DNA of 64,000 nucleotides from Octopus vulgaris (Eukaryota). Location of the stretch: positions 44,516,001 through 44,580,000 of the forward strand of contig OX597827.1 of assembly GCA_951406725.2 (NCBI GenBank), in the 5' to 3' direction. Position 1 is the first letter of the stretch, and every line of letters begins with the position of its first letter. Positions 51,498 through 64,000 of the stretch are shown in pieces. The translations under genes and the position numbers were made by a program. The notes under the pieces were generated by a model. The model ran no database searches and was not told where the DNA came from. It saw only the letters and a list, made by a program, of their open reading frames with translations.

Positions 51498-51659
51498 ACA
51501 TACATACATATAGTTTTATATATTTATCATATATATATATATAGATGTGCATTGTTTTACTGCCTGGAATCACACAAGCTATTACAAGCTTGTCCGACCA
51601 TTGTTTTCTCAGAGACATTAAACTAATGGTAGCTCGCTTTTAAATCGTGTGTAAATGAA

Positions 51660-51818
51660 ATATATATACACATACACATTATATAAATATATACTTATAT
51701 ACATACATACACACACATATATAAATACATACACACACACACATATATAAATACATACACACACACACACATATATAAATACATACACACACACATATAT
51801 ATACATACACACACAAAC

Positions 51819-51849
<31 letters not shown>

Positions 51850-52120
51850 TATAAATACATACACACACACATATATATATACATACATACACAAACATAT
51901 ATATACATACACACAAACATATATATATACATACACACACACATATATACATACACACATGCATATATATGTATATATACACATACACATATATGTATAT
52001 ATACATATATATACATACACACATACACATATATGTATATATACATATATATATACATACACACATATATATATATATACACATACATATATACACACAC
52101 ATATATACATACACGCACGC
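51660..52120. repeat. Compound (CA)n/(TA)n/(CATA)n microsatellite
   Basis: Direct inspection. Confidence 0.95.
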
Positions 52121-52489
52121 AGTATTGATAAGCCACCAGAAGGAAGTAAAAACGAGCGTTTCAACTACATATGAAGGAGAAAAAAGGCGAGTTATATTAT
52201 CACAAGATAAAATTTTTAAATGTGTAAGAAGAATGCGGAGGTTAAGAGAGTTGGTTGGTGGCTGCGAGGGCGATCATAGGGGAAGGAGAAGAACCAAGAA
52301 GAAGAAAGAGATCGTTATTGCTGTTGTTGTTGTTGTTATCGTCACGATGATGATGATGATCGTCATCATCATCAACTTTTAGTCATCGTTATTATTTATC
52401 ATCGTCGAGTTGACGACTGTCGAAACAAAAACAAAACAAAAGAAAGAAAATAAAGAACAAGGAAATATAAAGATGGATTATATATTGCT

Positions 52490-53100
52490 TCTTTGACTTA
52501 CTGAATACAATAGAATGCATGTCGCCGGGGGAATTAATAGTCCGCGATGAAGAAGAAGAAAGAAAGAAGAGAGAGAGAGAGACGGACAGAAACAAGGGAG
52601 GAGGAGGAAAAAGACGTCGGAAGGAAGAAGTGAGGGGGGAGAATACAGGAACTACGTCTCTCACACTCCTTTGTTTACCTCTCTCTCTCTCTACCTCTCA
52701 CGCACAAGCTTGCCTCTCTTCACTCACACACACACACACACGTACATTTACATACATAGCACTCCTCACTATCACTCGTAGTCTTCCCTCCCTTCCTTTC
52801 TATCTCTCTCTCTCTTTCCATTGCCACCTCTATCCTTGAACGTCTCCCTCTCTCTATTAAAGAGCAGTCCCCCTCATCCCATCTCTCACTACATATTAAT
52901 CCAGTGCTCTTTCACACACACAATTCCTACCATTTCCCTTATTCTTGCTTCATCCCAACTTTCTCCACTACATCTAACAATACTTCTCCTTCTCTCTCTC
53001 TCTCTTTCTGTTTTTCTCTTTCTTTCCTCACACCGTGCCCCACCATCATCTATCGCTTTATATCATCAGTCAGCGAGATCTGGTTGGCATAAAGGGAATT
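52490..53100. promoter_or_regulatory. Candidate bidirectional promoter (purine/pyrimidine strand switch at ~52650)
   Basis: GA-rich on the left and CT-rich on the right. Minus-strand donor CA|GTAAGT at 52501, plus-strand Inr-like TCAGTC at ~53066. Confidence 0.3.
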
Positions 53101-53134
53101 TTTAAAAACTGAACGAACAAAACATCAGCTACAC

Positions 53135-53189
<55 letters not shown>

Positions 53190-56100
53190 TATATATAAAT
53201 ATATATGTATATATATATAATATATAATGTGGTGGAGGTGATGGTGGCGGTGGTTGTGGTAGTGGTAGCAGCAATGGTGGATCGATTGACCGAGAAGAAA
53301 GACAAGCTACGCGGCAACAAAGAATTCATTAACAGCCAAAAACCAGCTCAAATCAGAAAGGAGGTAAAAAGAAGGATAAGTGAATAAAAAGAGATAGCAA
53401 AACAAAAAAATTTCTAAATAAATATGGCCAACGAATCTCTACGCGTTCTCTTAATCTGCTAATGATAGCAGCCAGATCTTCCTCAAATTATTTTCCCCAG
53501 TCTTACAAAAAAGGAGTGGAGATGGGGGGGGGAGGACATACTAATGTAATCATAGATAAATTAAATCCAAGTAAAGGATACTAGAAATAGTAGCTAAATC
53601 TTCCTTAATTATATTCTCTGGTCTTAAAAATAAAGTGGTGAGAAGGAACACTAATGATGTAATCCCAGATAAATTAATTCTATGTAAGGAACCAAATGGC
53701 CACAGCTGAACTACCTCTTAAGTTCAAAGGTAAAATCTGCTCGGTCAGACCTGACCATGTTCGGTGACGAATATAGAATAAAGTAGTTATAAAAACTGTG
53801 TCCAAACATTATCATTTGACCTTTCACCATCAGGTATCCATCAACGAGTTATTAGAGACCATACATCCTTTATAAAGTGCAAAAGAATAGAGAAGCTTAC
53901 AGAGGCTTTTTATGCTTTATTATTATTTTCTTTCTTCCCACAAAGCCAGTAATGCAAGTATAGTTATCTAAATCGGAGCCGAAGACCGTTTACTAAGAGG
54001 AAAATTTATTCATTTACGAGGTATTGTAAATAATACGAAATGATTTCTGATACATTACAATACATTGCACAAAGTCACAAATTTGGGGCGAGGGCAGTCG
54101 ATTATATATCGACATTAGTGCATGATTGCAGCTAACTTTATCGATCTCTCTGCTGAGACGCATCAAAAAATAATAAAATAAAATAAAAAATGTCGACTCG
54201 AGGGAATGTAAAATTGGAAAATGGAGAATACATATAAAGCAAATACCAAAAGTAGGGTTTATATCAAGGCCACCGACATAGTGTTATTAATAAGACTTGA
54301 TATTTGTAATACAGGGTTCATAATCTACAAGTATTCCATTTGTAACCTGGATATGTTATGATAAAACAGGATTAACTCTTTTGGTACGTCCTTACATTGA
54401 TTAATTTGCCTGCAATATGACTTGTTACTTACGATGTCTCGACTTGGGAGGAATAAAAGACAAGTCCGAATCCGGTGCCACTAAATACGGTTAAAGAGTT
54501 TCGGTCCGGCAATTTAACGGTTTAATAAATCTGGATCAAGACTGATGGTTCCAAGTGAATAAAGAAAGACTTCCGGAGTGTCCAGCAAGATGTACCAACA
54601 ACATACAGAACCTAACTTGGTTGCACAGCTGACACAGACACACAAGAGATACTGATGTCACCAATGTGACAGGACCAGAGAGAATTGTTGATCAAATATA
54701 TGTCTGAGCAGAGGCGTTCATGCATGGTGTATCTAGGATGGACTACATTCTCCAAATTGTCCTTTCATTTTGCCCTTTTTAAAATACAATATGTGATTTA
54801 GTTGTTATTTTCAGCAGATTGTCACCATGTAGAGAGACTGGTTCGTATAGGACGAAACGTTAAGGTAAAATATTTGAGGGAGATTTGGCTACTATTTGCA
54901 GCAAAAGCGAGCCGCCTCGCAGACTCGAACGGAGTACAGTTGTTGTTGCCAGTCTTGGTGCATTCGGAATCAAAGAGATCCAAGATGAAGTGCAGAACGG
55001 TCAAACAATGCCAACCAAGAACAAGATGAGAAATCTTGTAAAAGAGAGAGACGAATACAATAATAATCGATTGTATCGGCTCAAATATATTACTGCTATT
55101 GACCGACCAGGCCAGAAACGCTAGTGGACAATTTATACGCACGCACGCGCACACATACACAAACTATCGATTTATTCAGCACTATTAATCAGTAAATAGC
55201 TCATCTTTCTCTCTCTCTCTCTAAGATTCAACTGTTTCACTTGTATTCTATATAGGTCGAGCCAACTTGGAAATTAATACTCTCGCTGGTTGTTCAACTT
55301 ACAAGAAATAGCAACCCAAAACTCTCCTTCAAAGAACACTTCCGTCTTGAAAACTGGACGGACACATATACGCACAAATATATAGTAACGTATAAGCCAT
55401 ATTTATGACGGGGGACCCCTTCCCTTTGATTACAGATGTATCTGATCGGAGATTAAACAACATAAACGAAATACTATCATGTAAAGAAAGAAAGGCCTTT
55501 GAATCGGCGTTCAATCATTTCTGAAAGTCATGGTCCTCTCTCAACTAGTAATTTAACCCAAGAGAGAACGGATGAAGGGGACATCAAAAGGCAAGAAATA
55601 GGTGATAATTCCACAAAATCGACTTCAGAAAAAAGTAAAAAACGTATCAATAATAATAGTTTTTAATTTAGACACAAGATCAGTAATTTTGAAGATGGGA
55701 GGAGGGAATCAGTCGATAAAATAAAGTACTGACGTCTATAGTATCCATCCCAGTTCATTTTATCGACTCCGAAAGCATGAAAGGCGAAATTAACTCAAGC
55801 GGGAGTTGTTCATCACACATTTTAGGGGTCGGTGAGAGAACAACCAATTCGACAGAAGCCACCAGTAATTGACTGGTGCTCATTTATATATATTTTTTTA
55901 CCAACCCGTAAAGAAATATAAAAAAAAAAAAGCTGGTCGGATTTGAATTGTAAAAAAAAAAAAAAAAGTAGAAAAAGGTACTTGAATACTGAGAAACATT
56001 TCTATTTTAATCAGCGCCTCTGTTGCCTGTTCTGACACAGTCTCTTTTCAAATACAAAACCGAAACGATGATATAAACAAGTCAAACAAAGCAGGCAAGC

Positions 56101-56623
56101 ATGGCGAACGATTTTCTCGCTCGTTTCTAACCTCGCAACTGCTCCTCCCACGTTTTATCTCTTTATAACTAAATCCAAGCTCTCATTACCACTGTTTAGT
56201 AGTTAATAAGATGAGGGGGACGGGAGAAGTGGATGGCAGATAGAATCAGTACACCATTGAACAACAAAATGTTTCTGCGGTTCAGTTTAATAACGTCTCT
56301 TCGCAACTCCGAGTTCAAATCTCATCAGAGTTTTACTTTGCTTTCTTTGATTCTGGCATCAAGGATTGATTTGATCAAAGCAGCAGCATCTGTGTATGTA
56401 CTGCGCTTAATTCAATCGATTAGAAAACTATTAACACCACCATATTCCTTGGTTTAACCCCTGATCGAACTTATAAATCAATCGTAGGCGCTCCAGTTAT
56501 GATCATTCCATCTTTTTGAGACAGTATTTACTACAAAATCCATGTGTCCTATTTGATTGACTTTCAAGGAAAGAATAAAGTCACAAAATCTATATTTCTA
56601 ACACACACACACACACATACATA

Positions 56624-56656
<33 letters not shown>

Positions 56657-56659
56657 GTA

Positions 56660-56712
<53 letters not shown>

Positions 56713-57641
56713 CAATTTCTTAGTCTTCTTTCAAAAGTTGATAGGAAAGAAAATCGAGACGACGATTGCAATTCAAACTATCTATTGTATTCAATACGGA
56801 AGATTGGATACAACAGATATAATTTGTAACCAATACAAAGTAAACAAGCACTTATCGGCTCACCAACACCATCACCGCCATTAAAATTATCCTTTTCTCT
56901 TCTTGTCTTTCAATGAAATGAAATTCGTAGCATCATGCAAATAACTACAAAAGAATTATCTTTTTCGATATGAAATGGAATAAAAATTAGAATTTTAATA
57001 TTTTGGAAATATAGCTTAGGATCTTTTCCTTGCCGTTCAAAAGGAAAAGATCCATAGCTTAAAATGGACGGTGAAGCGGAACAATGCATGCAAATATGAT
57101 GAAATTATTACTACACAAAAACACAAAATATGTAAACTATAATAATAACTGTGATAAGATTAAGAGAGACCTGAAGTAGATTTATAATTTTGTAGATTAA
57201 AATTAAAACTCACAAAAGAGCCTAGCAGTCGACGACTAAGGAAGGGATTCTGCATTTAATATTAATTTAAATATAATAATTGTCCAAGTATGGAAGGAAG
57301 AATCAAACTAGATAGATTACAACTGAATACACACACACATTTAGGGAGCGGCTTTTTGCTTTCAAGTTCTAAGGAATGCACACATCACTGAACTAAAATT
57401 AGAGGATTTAAAACAAGTCCTGATCATGGACGTTATTATCATCATTATGTAGGCTGCTTTCTTCCTTTTAAAATCCTATTATTACACACAAATCATTATA
57501 AGTCAATGAGTGTGTGATAAATACAAAACCATACACACTTGGTTGAATTGATATTTTCGTTTGCTGAGCTGAAACAAAAATCAGAAATGTAGGAAGGGCG
57601 GTGTAGAAAAGAAAGTGAAATTAATATTATATATATGTATA

Positions 57642-57685
<44 letters not shown>

Positions 57686-57797
57686 CAATGTAGTATATGT
57701 GGTGGTGGGGAGACAGAGAGCGGGTTTCGTGGAATAAGCAAGAGTAACAGTACTTAATACAGAAATATAAATACTTTTCTGTATTTCATCCTTACAA

Positions 57798-57879
57798 AAG
57801 TGAGTCAAGGACCGAGAGTTTAGTGCTTAGCAATTTGATCAGTGCCATGCACGACTCTCGGCCCCTCGAGTCGTCACTT
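57798..57879 (-). ncRNA. Candidate pre-miRNA hairpin
   Basis: AAGUGA/UCACUU basal helix, ~15-bp UCGAGGGGCCGAGAGU/ACUCUCGGUCCUUGA with one bulge, then GUGC/GCAC and UGGCA/UGCUA and a small loop. A GC-rich island in AT-rich DNA, single-copy in this window. Confidence 0.55.
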
Positions 57880-59439
57880 AAGCAACTTTATACTGATTAA
57901 AAGTATTTTTTTTAAAAGTGTGCGCATACATATATATGTATACGATACATACTCCTATTTTTATTCTCTTATACGTGTGTTTGTGTCTGTGTCTGTACAC
58001 ACTGATCAGCAACTATGAGCATAAGAAACTACACAAAAAGGAAATGACAATCAGATTTCTTGCTTGTGTTAGTTAAGACTCAAGAAACAGATGGAGAAAG
58101 AAATACACATACATTGTACAGCCTTCTCTCTATCTATCACACACACACATATCTATATCCTCCCCTACTTCTTTCATCTTACTGCCCTCCACCAAATCTT
58201 TCTAACCTACTACTACCCTTTCTATCAGACACAAAAATACACGCACCACTCTAACCCTCCTCTTCCTCCTCTCCATTTCTGTACAGTAATAAATTCTACG
58301 CGGCGGTACTCGGGCAGTGTCTATGTGCCAGAAAACAATCTCGGTACTCCTTCATGTCAGTGTTAATTTGCATAAAAGCGGGACCTGGATGATATTATAT
58401 TCTAAGCCCGCCCGCTGCAGAGAAATAGGCAGTGGCAGCGGCTGGTTGGCTCAACTGGGTGGTTCGGTACTAGCAACTTAAACTTTCTATAGCCGTTATG
58501 ATTGTCAAGAGATTGTATGTATGTATATATATGTATGTGTATGTATATATAGAACAGGCAAGCATATTTATCACACACACAGCCAATGCCGATAAAACAG
58601 ACACACGCACACACATTAAAGACACATAACTAACTATGGCTTGAATTTCAAAAATCATACAATAGAAACCGACGGGCAAATCAGAGCTTCAAAGTAGGCC
58701 GGTTGGCATGCTAGAAATAGCAGCCAAATTGCTAGCTACCGCCTTCAAAATATGGAACATTATAGTATGTAGTCCGAACTTACTTATACTTATGTCTGCA
58801 AAAAAAAAAAAAAGCCGGGATAGTCACGACCAGATCGTCAACGCCAACCTTGAGGATTAAAGAACAGCATTAGCATCTAGCATCACAACAACTAAACCAA
58901 ATAAGTGGCACTCAAACAGCTAAAAATAGCAGCAGTACATATATCCCTCAATTCACATCCTCAATATCTTAAAACGAGAGGTCATGGCTACAACACCTTT
59001 TCAATCACATTCGATCGGCCCGATGAGAGCCAACTTGTAACTAACTAAACAACAACAAATACATCAATTCAAACAAAACAATATTTAACAACACAAAACT
59101 TTCATTCGTCATAGGCAATTTAGCAATTTAGTTGGGGTTAATTTTCCTATTCGAGAAAAAAACATTTTGCGGAAATAACACCATAACTAAATGTGTTATG
59201 ATGGCTTAAAGATGTCCACTGGTTGTTTTACTGCCATTTAGTTATTTCCTTCATCTTCAATCCTGTACTACTGATGAAGAAAAAGCCAAGAGATTTTGAT
59301 AATATGGTAACAACTTCCAAGCCACGCCTTGATAAACGATTTTTTTTTCAATATAAAAATATCCAATATATAAAATGTCTTGCACATACTATATAGACTA
59401 TATGTATTTCATATATATATATATATATGAAACACATTG

Positions 59440-59610
59440 TTTTTCTCTCACTCTCTCCACCCCCCCCCCTTATTCCTTTCTGCTGAAGAGCGTATGCTCG
59501 AAACGTAAAAGACTTTTCCATTTTTCCCGAGCGTTAAACGAAAACACCTGCTTGTTGTTCCTACAGCTGTCTTCGTCTTTTTTATTCCTCTTAATTTGAA
59601 CTACAAATAT
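59440..59610 (+). mobile_element. Penelope-like terminal-repeat remnant with minimal hammerhead motif (59483-59507)
   Basis: CTGAAGA-GCGTATGCTC-GAAAC-GTA with palindromic ACGT stem III, after a pyrimidine tract. Stem I is degenerate. Confidence 0.55.
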
Positions 59611-60986
59611 ATATACACGACAGAGAGATCACCATATATACAGATGTATATAAAGGACACACACACTTCATAAATACAATCAGCATTCCTAATGATCAAA
59701 ATATTCTAAAAGAGACCGGCAACAATCAGAGTACTTAGGTGACAGAATGGCGCGCGCGCGCGCACGCACACAGTATATAATGAACAAGTACCATGGGACT
59801 CAGGAGGATTAAGTCAAATATGTTTAAAAAAAGGAAGTGCAAAAAGTTTATGAGGAGTGGAGAAGAGAGGAATGGACGAGTCGAGGAAAATAAAAAGACA
59901 AAGATCAAACTGAAGTGTACAAAAAAAAAAAATAATAATAATACGAAAAGCGGTGAATAAAATTATACATATGTCTATCTAGTTCGCCGGCTCGTCGACA
60001 ATGGCACAGGAAAAAACTTGCCAATATATATAAACCAAACGGGTAGTGATAAAAAGTAGGGTAGAAAATTTGCATCGACGACCGTTTTCGTATTTACACC
60101 GGTCTAAATAAAACAAAACAAAAAAAAAAAAGAAACCGGTGTTCCGTAACTTATAATTTCGACAAATAGAGATCAATAAAATACCAGACTGGAAAAATAA
60201 AACACAAATAATCGAGGAAATAGCTTTTAAAGGCGACAAGACTCACACACACACACATATATATATATATACACAAAGATATACATGTATATACATTTAT
60301 CTATACATACACACGCACACACACATATCTATACATACATAGGCGCACACACACACATTATATATATATACAATATATATATAAACACATATATATATAT
60401 AGTGTGTGTGTGTGTGTGTGTTTTATACGCTTGGTTATGGCCATACTTTTCCAAAACTATAGCAATAATCTGAGGATAAAACCATTTAGCAGGTCTTGAT
60501 TAGATAGACCAATACTGAATTACTAACAAAGCGGTACATTTCCATTTGAAATTATGAAGAATTGCTAAGAATAATAATGAACATGTGCTGACGGTGGTCC
60601 TACTAGGTGGATTACCCAAAAAATAAAAAAATCCGTAAGCATCGACCTACATATTTAACAGTACAAGACTTGGTTTTCATCTTCCTTCATAGACATTATT
60701 ATTAACATCAAATAAAACGACCAAACTGACTCATTTTAGTTTTTCTTTCTTTTTGTCAACAAACCCAAGACCATACTGGAGTACTGCATTTGGAGTACAC
60801 ACATTAATTTGTCTGTCTTTCTCACACACATTTTTATATACACACGTTACATTCGTATGTGTATATGCATTTATATTTTTTCACGTGTAAGTGTAGCTAG
60901 CAATTAACGCATACACATCCATTCGACAGTCATTAAACACAAGCGTACACACTATATATATATATATATATATACACATCTCTCTA

Positions 60987-61054
<68 letters not shown>

Positions 61055-61125
61055 CTTGCCGCCTTTAAAAGCTATTTCCTCGATCATATATACACACACA
61101 CCCATCTGACGCATGCATGCATGCA

Positions 61126-61160
<35 letters not shown>

Positions 61161-62301
61161 GTATTGACACACATATCCTTAAGTACACGCACACACACAA
61201 ATCCAGCTATTGCACGTTACACAACAGTGTGCTGCGTGTGTGTAATAATCATAATTCCTCAATGGCTATATATATGCAATCACAATCGATTGCTAATTAA
61301 GAAAATGTATTCACCATCAGCACTATCCACAAAATTTAAGGAGGAGATAGGATGATGAGAAAAATATTCAAACCAAGAAGATTAATGACGAAGGAGAGGC
61401 TGAATGGAATTAGCTTAGAATATCTGCTGCAAGACTCATCATCAGCAACTAAGATAATAGACGGTTGATCTTAGTCAAACGTTGTTTGTTATTTTGGGAG
61501 AAGGCGTGGAATTCATGCATAATATATTCAGAAACGTCTGGTGCAGGACACTGAAGTTTTTACTTCCTTGCAAACTGTTTTGTTGTTTGGCTTAACACTG
61601 TACTTCCATTGGAGACCACGTTCTGTACTTTTCTCAGTATGTGTGTAAGTGTAAGCATGTGTGTGATTACACAAACACACATTATATACATATATATATA
61701 ACTGTGTCACGGGGAATAAACTACATATTTGGTCCGTTTTATAAATAAATCTATAACCACCACCACCACCAATTATAATAAAACCTTTATACACAAATTT
61801 TAAAAATAACCACAATCAAATCGTGGTACTTCCCTTCCTCATTGATGAGATAGATTTATTTATAATTATTCAAGTTTGTGAATATATCTAGCCATTAAAC
61901 AGAAAAAACACTTGATTTTTCACACGCCGGTCGCGAAACTAACGAAATATGTGTGTGTATGTGTGCATATACATACATACACACACATACGTTTGTGTGT
62001 GCATATATATATATATATGTATGTGCGTATACATATGACACGTGTGTACATGTGCTAGTGCGTATGTGTGTGTTCGTGTACAAGTGCACGTGTGTGTATC
62101 TAAATCACAACTTTCAACACCTTTCCTACCGCCCTTTCCGTTCATATAAGACACCCCCCTGTATATATCGGGCTTCTAACTAAATCATATTAACGAAAGT
62201 TAAGGGACCATTTTGTATAAAATTTTCCATTCTGTGATAGAGCCATAATTACTGCAATCCAGTAATGTGAAAGGCGGGGAGAGTGTACCAAATTATTTTT
62301 A

Positions 62302-62355
<54 letters not shown>

Positions 62356-62659
62356 TATAAAGTGGTATACCACAAACATATGAAGATCGTGAGAGATGGA
62401 CTAAGAAGAAATAAAATGCGTTTAGCTGGGCGAACAATTTGCAGGAAATAATCAAGTCAAGGTTAATTATCATTTCACTCTGAACAATAATCGATTTTAG
62501 AGATGGCAGAGGTGGTCGGAGCTAACTTGCGTTTAAAGGCGGCAACAAGGCAGTAAAGAACCAAAAAAAGAAAGACGAAACAAAATACGGATTTCATTCG
62601 ACAAAGAAAGAAATCTATAAAGGTCAATATACCTTTATAACGTAATAATATTAACAATA

Positions 62660-63085
62660 ATAATTCTCTCTAATTTTGGTACTAGGCCAGCAATTTATGA
62701 GAGGAGAGGCCAAATCAATTATATCGACCTCAATACTTGACTGGTACTTCATCTTACTTCAAAATGTAAAAGAGCCGGAATAATGCCGCTAAGCATTTTA
62801 TCCGACGCGCTAATAAATTCTGCCAGCTAACTGCCTTTATAATAAAAACCCTTTCTGTCATATATACAAAAGGCAAAAGGCCTGAAATTTGGGAGGAGGG
62901 GGGGACTGGTCGATGATATCGAACCCCAATACTCGACTGATACTTATTTTATCGACCTCAAAAATGATGAAAGACAAAGCCGACTTCGATGGAATCTGAA
63001 CTCCGAATGAATGTAAAGAGCTGGGGGGGAAGTGCTGCTAAGCATTTTTGTCCGACGCGGTTAACGATTCTGCTAGGTCGCCGCC
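62660..63085 (-). mobile_element. Two tandem SINE B copies
   Basis: Reverse complement of the GGCGGCGACCTAGCAGAATCGTTA head and the core, with CpGs intact. Confidence 0.8.
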
Positions 63086-63167
63086 TAAATAATAAATTGA
63101 TCGCAACGGAGAACAAACGGAACAAAAAAAATACAATAAATATATTCCCAGTTAACTGATTAATTAG

Positions 63168-63213
<46 letters not shown>

Positions 63214-64000
63214 ACCCCAGTATGGCCGCACGCAATCCCAATGATTGACACTGACATGTAAAAGATATATATTTGTTGTCGCTAATATGAAGATTGCAGG
63301 ATATTTAGTAGATTCCTTGTTCGTTCGTTGACATAGTTTTTTTTTCTTTTTAATTCCGACATCAGTTGAAAATATAACTACCATATTTTTCTCGCTCTTC
63401 CCCATCCTTTGTCTCTTAGACTTACACACGCATAGAAATTTTGAAAATGAAAAAAAAAAAATATTTCTATTGTATATATTAAAACGAACAAAAAAAAAAA
63501 CACTTGAACTGCTATGAATTTCGAATTACATATAACAAGTGTGGAAACAGAATCTTTTTGGTTTTTTTAAATGCATTAAATTACAGATTTTAAATTTGAA
63601 TTGCAGTAAATTAGGGTTAGAAATACTATCATTGGTAAGTTTCGGGCCTAAACTGAAGGCGCAGAGTGAATAGAGGATTTTAAAAGGGAGAGATCCGTTT
63701 GAATCGGACAAGGCAAAACTACACACATGGTAAAATTTCTAGCCAGCTTTTTATACACACATATCACACACGTATAAACACACACGTGTGTTTATGGAGA
63801 TTTATATACATATATATTGTATGTATGTGTGTATGTGTATATATATATATATATATAACACATATTAATCCAGTATAACGCAGTCGCTCACATATATGTA
63901 CATATGTATATATAATCTGTATATATATATATATATATTTATGTGTGCGTGTGTGTGTGTATCACCACTGCCAGCCACCATCAGTACGGCAACCAACCAA

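Noticed and set aside
58427-58450. AGGCAGTGGCAGCGGCTGGTTG resembling miR-34
   Set aside because: The seed matches, but the central bases differ and there is no complementary 3' arm for a miR-34 precursor.
59979-60103. DRCKYENGRRCKF after a strong acceptor, reminiscent of a CCCH finger
   Set aside because: Cys/His spacing is incomplete, with an early stop and no donor.
63317-63335. TTGTTCGTTCG resembling miR-375
   Set aside because: The 3' half does not match and there is no hairpin.
63608-63622. TTAGGGTTAG telomeric motif
   Set aside because: Fewer than two full units, not an interstitial telomere array.

Overview
AT-rich animal genomic DNA packed with (TA)n/(CA)n/(GA)n microsatellites, tRNA-derived SINEs and small non-autonomous DNA transposons. 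The repeat complement looks like a coleoid cephalopod, most likely Octopus (recognised by eye, not by database search). I recognise no protein-coding gene, and the listed ORFs are almost all microsatellite or repeat read-throughs. Several things point to the 5' and intronic part of a large minus-strand gene: a U-rich minus strand, well-formed minus-strand splice sites around short non-coding exons, and promoter-like segments near 38.4, 48-50 and 52.6 kb. A CpG-decay boundary near 37 kb separates a CpG-depleted, probably germline-methylated domain from a CpG-retaining one. Four observations stand out. (1) A young ~900-bp element with identical 118-bp terminal direct repeats carries all hammerhead-ribozyme core motifs and perfect stems I and III, but in a non-canonical strand order (34481-34542). 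(2) A pre-miRNA-like hairpin lies at 57798-57879 (minus strand). (3) A CpG-retaining, GNRA-capped hairpin buries a 5' splice site at 5580-5693, with a similar case at 19016-19064. (4) Closely spaced inverted repeat pairs could be ADAR substrates. Repeat boundaries are approximate unless TIRs or TSDs are quoted.
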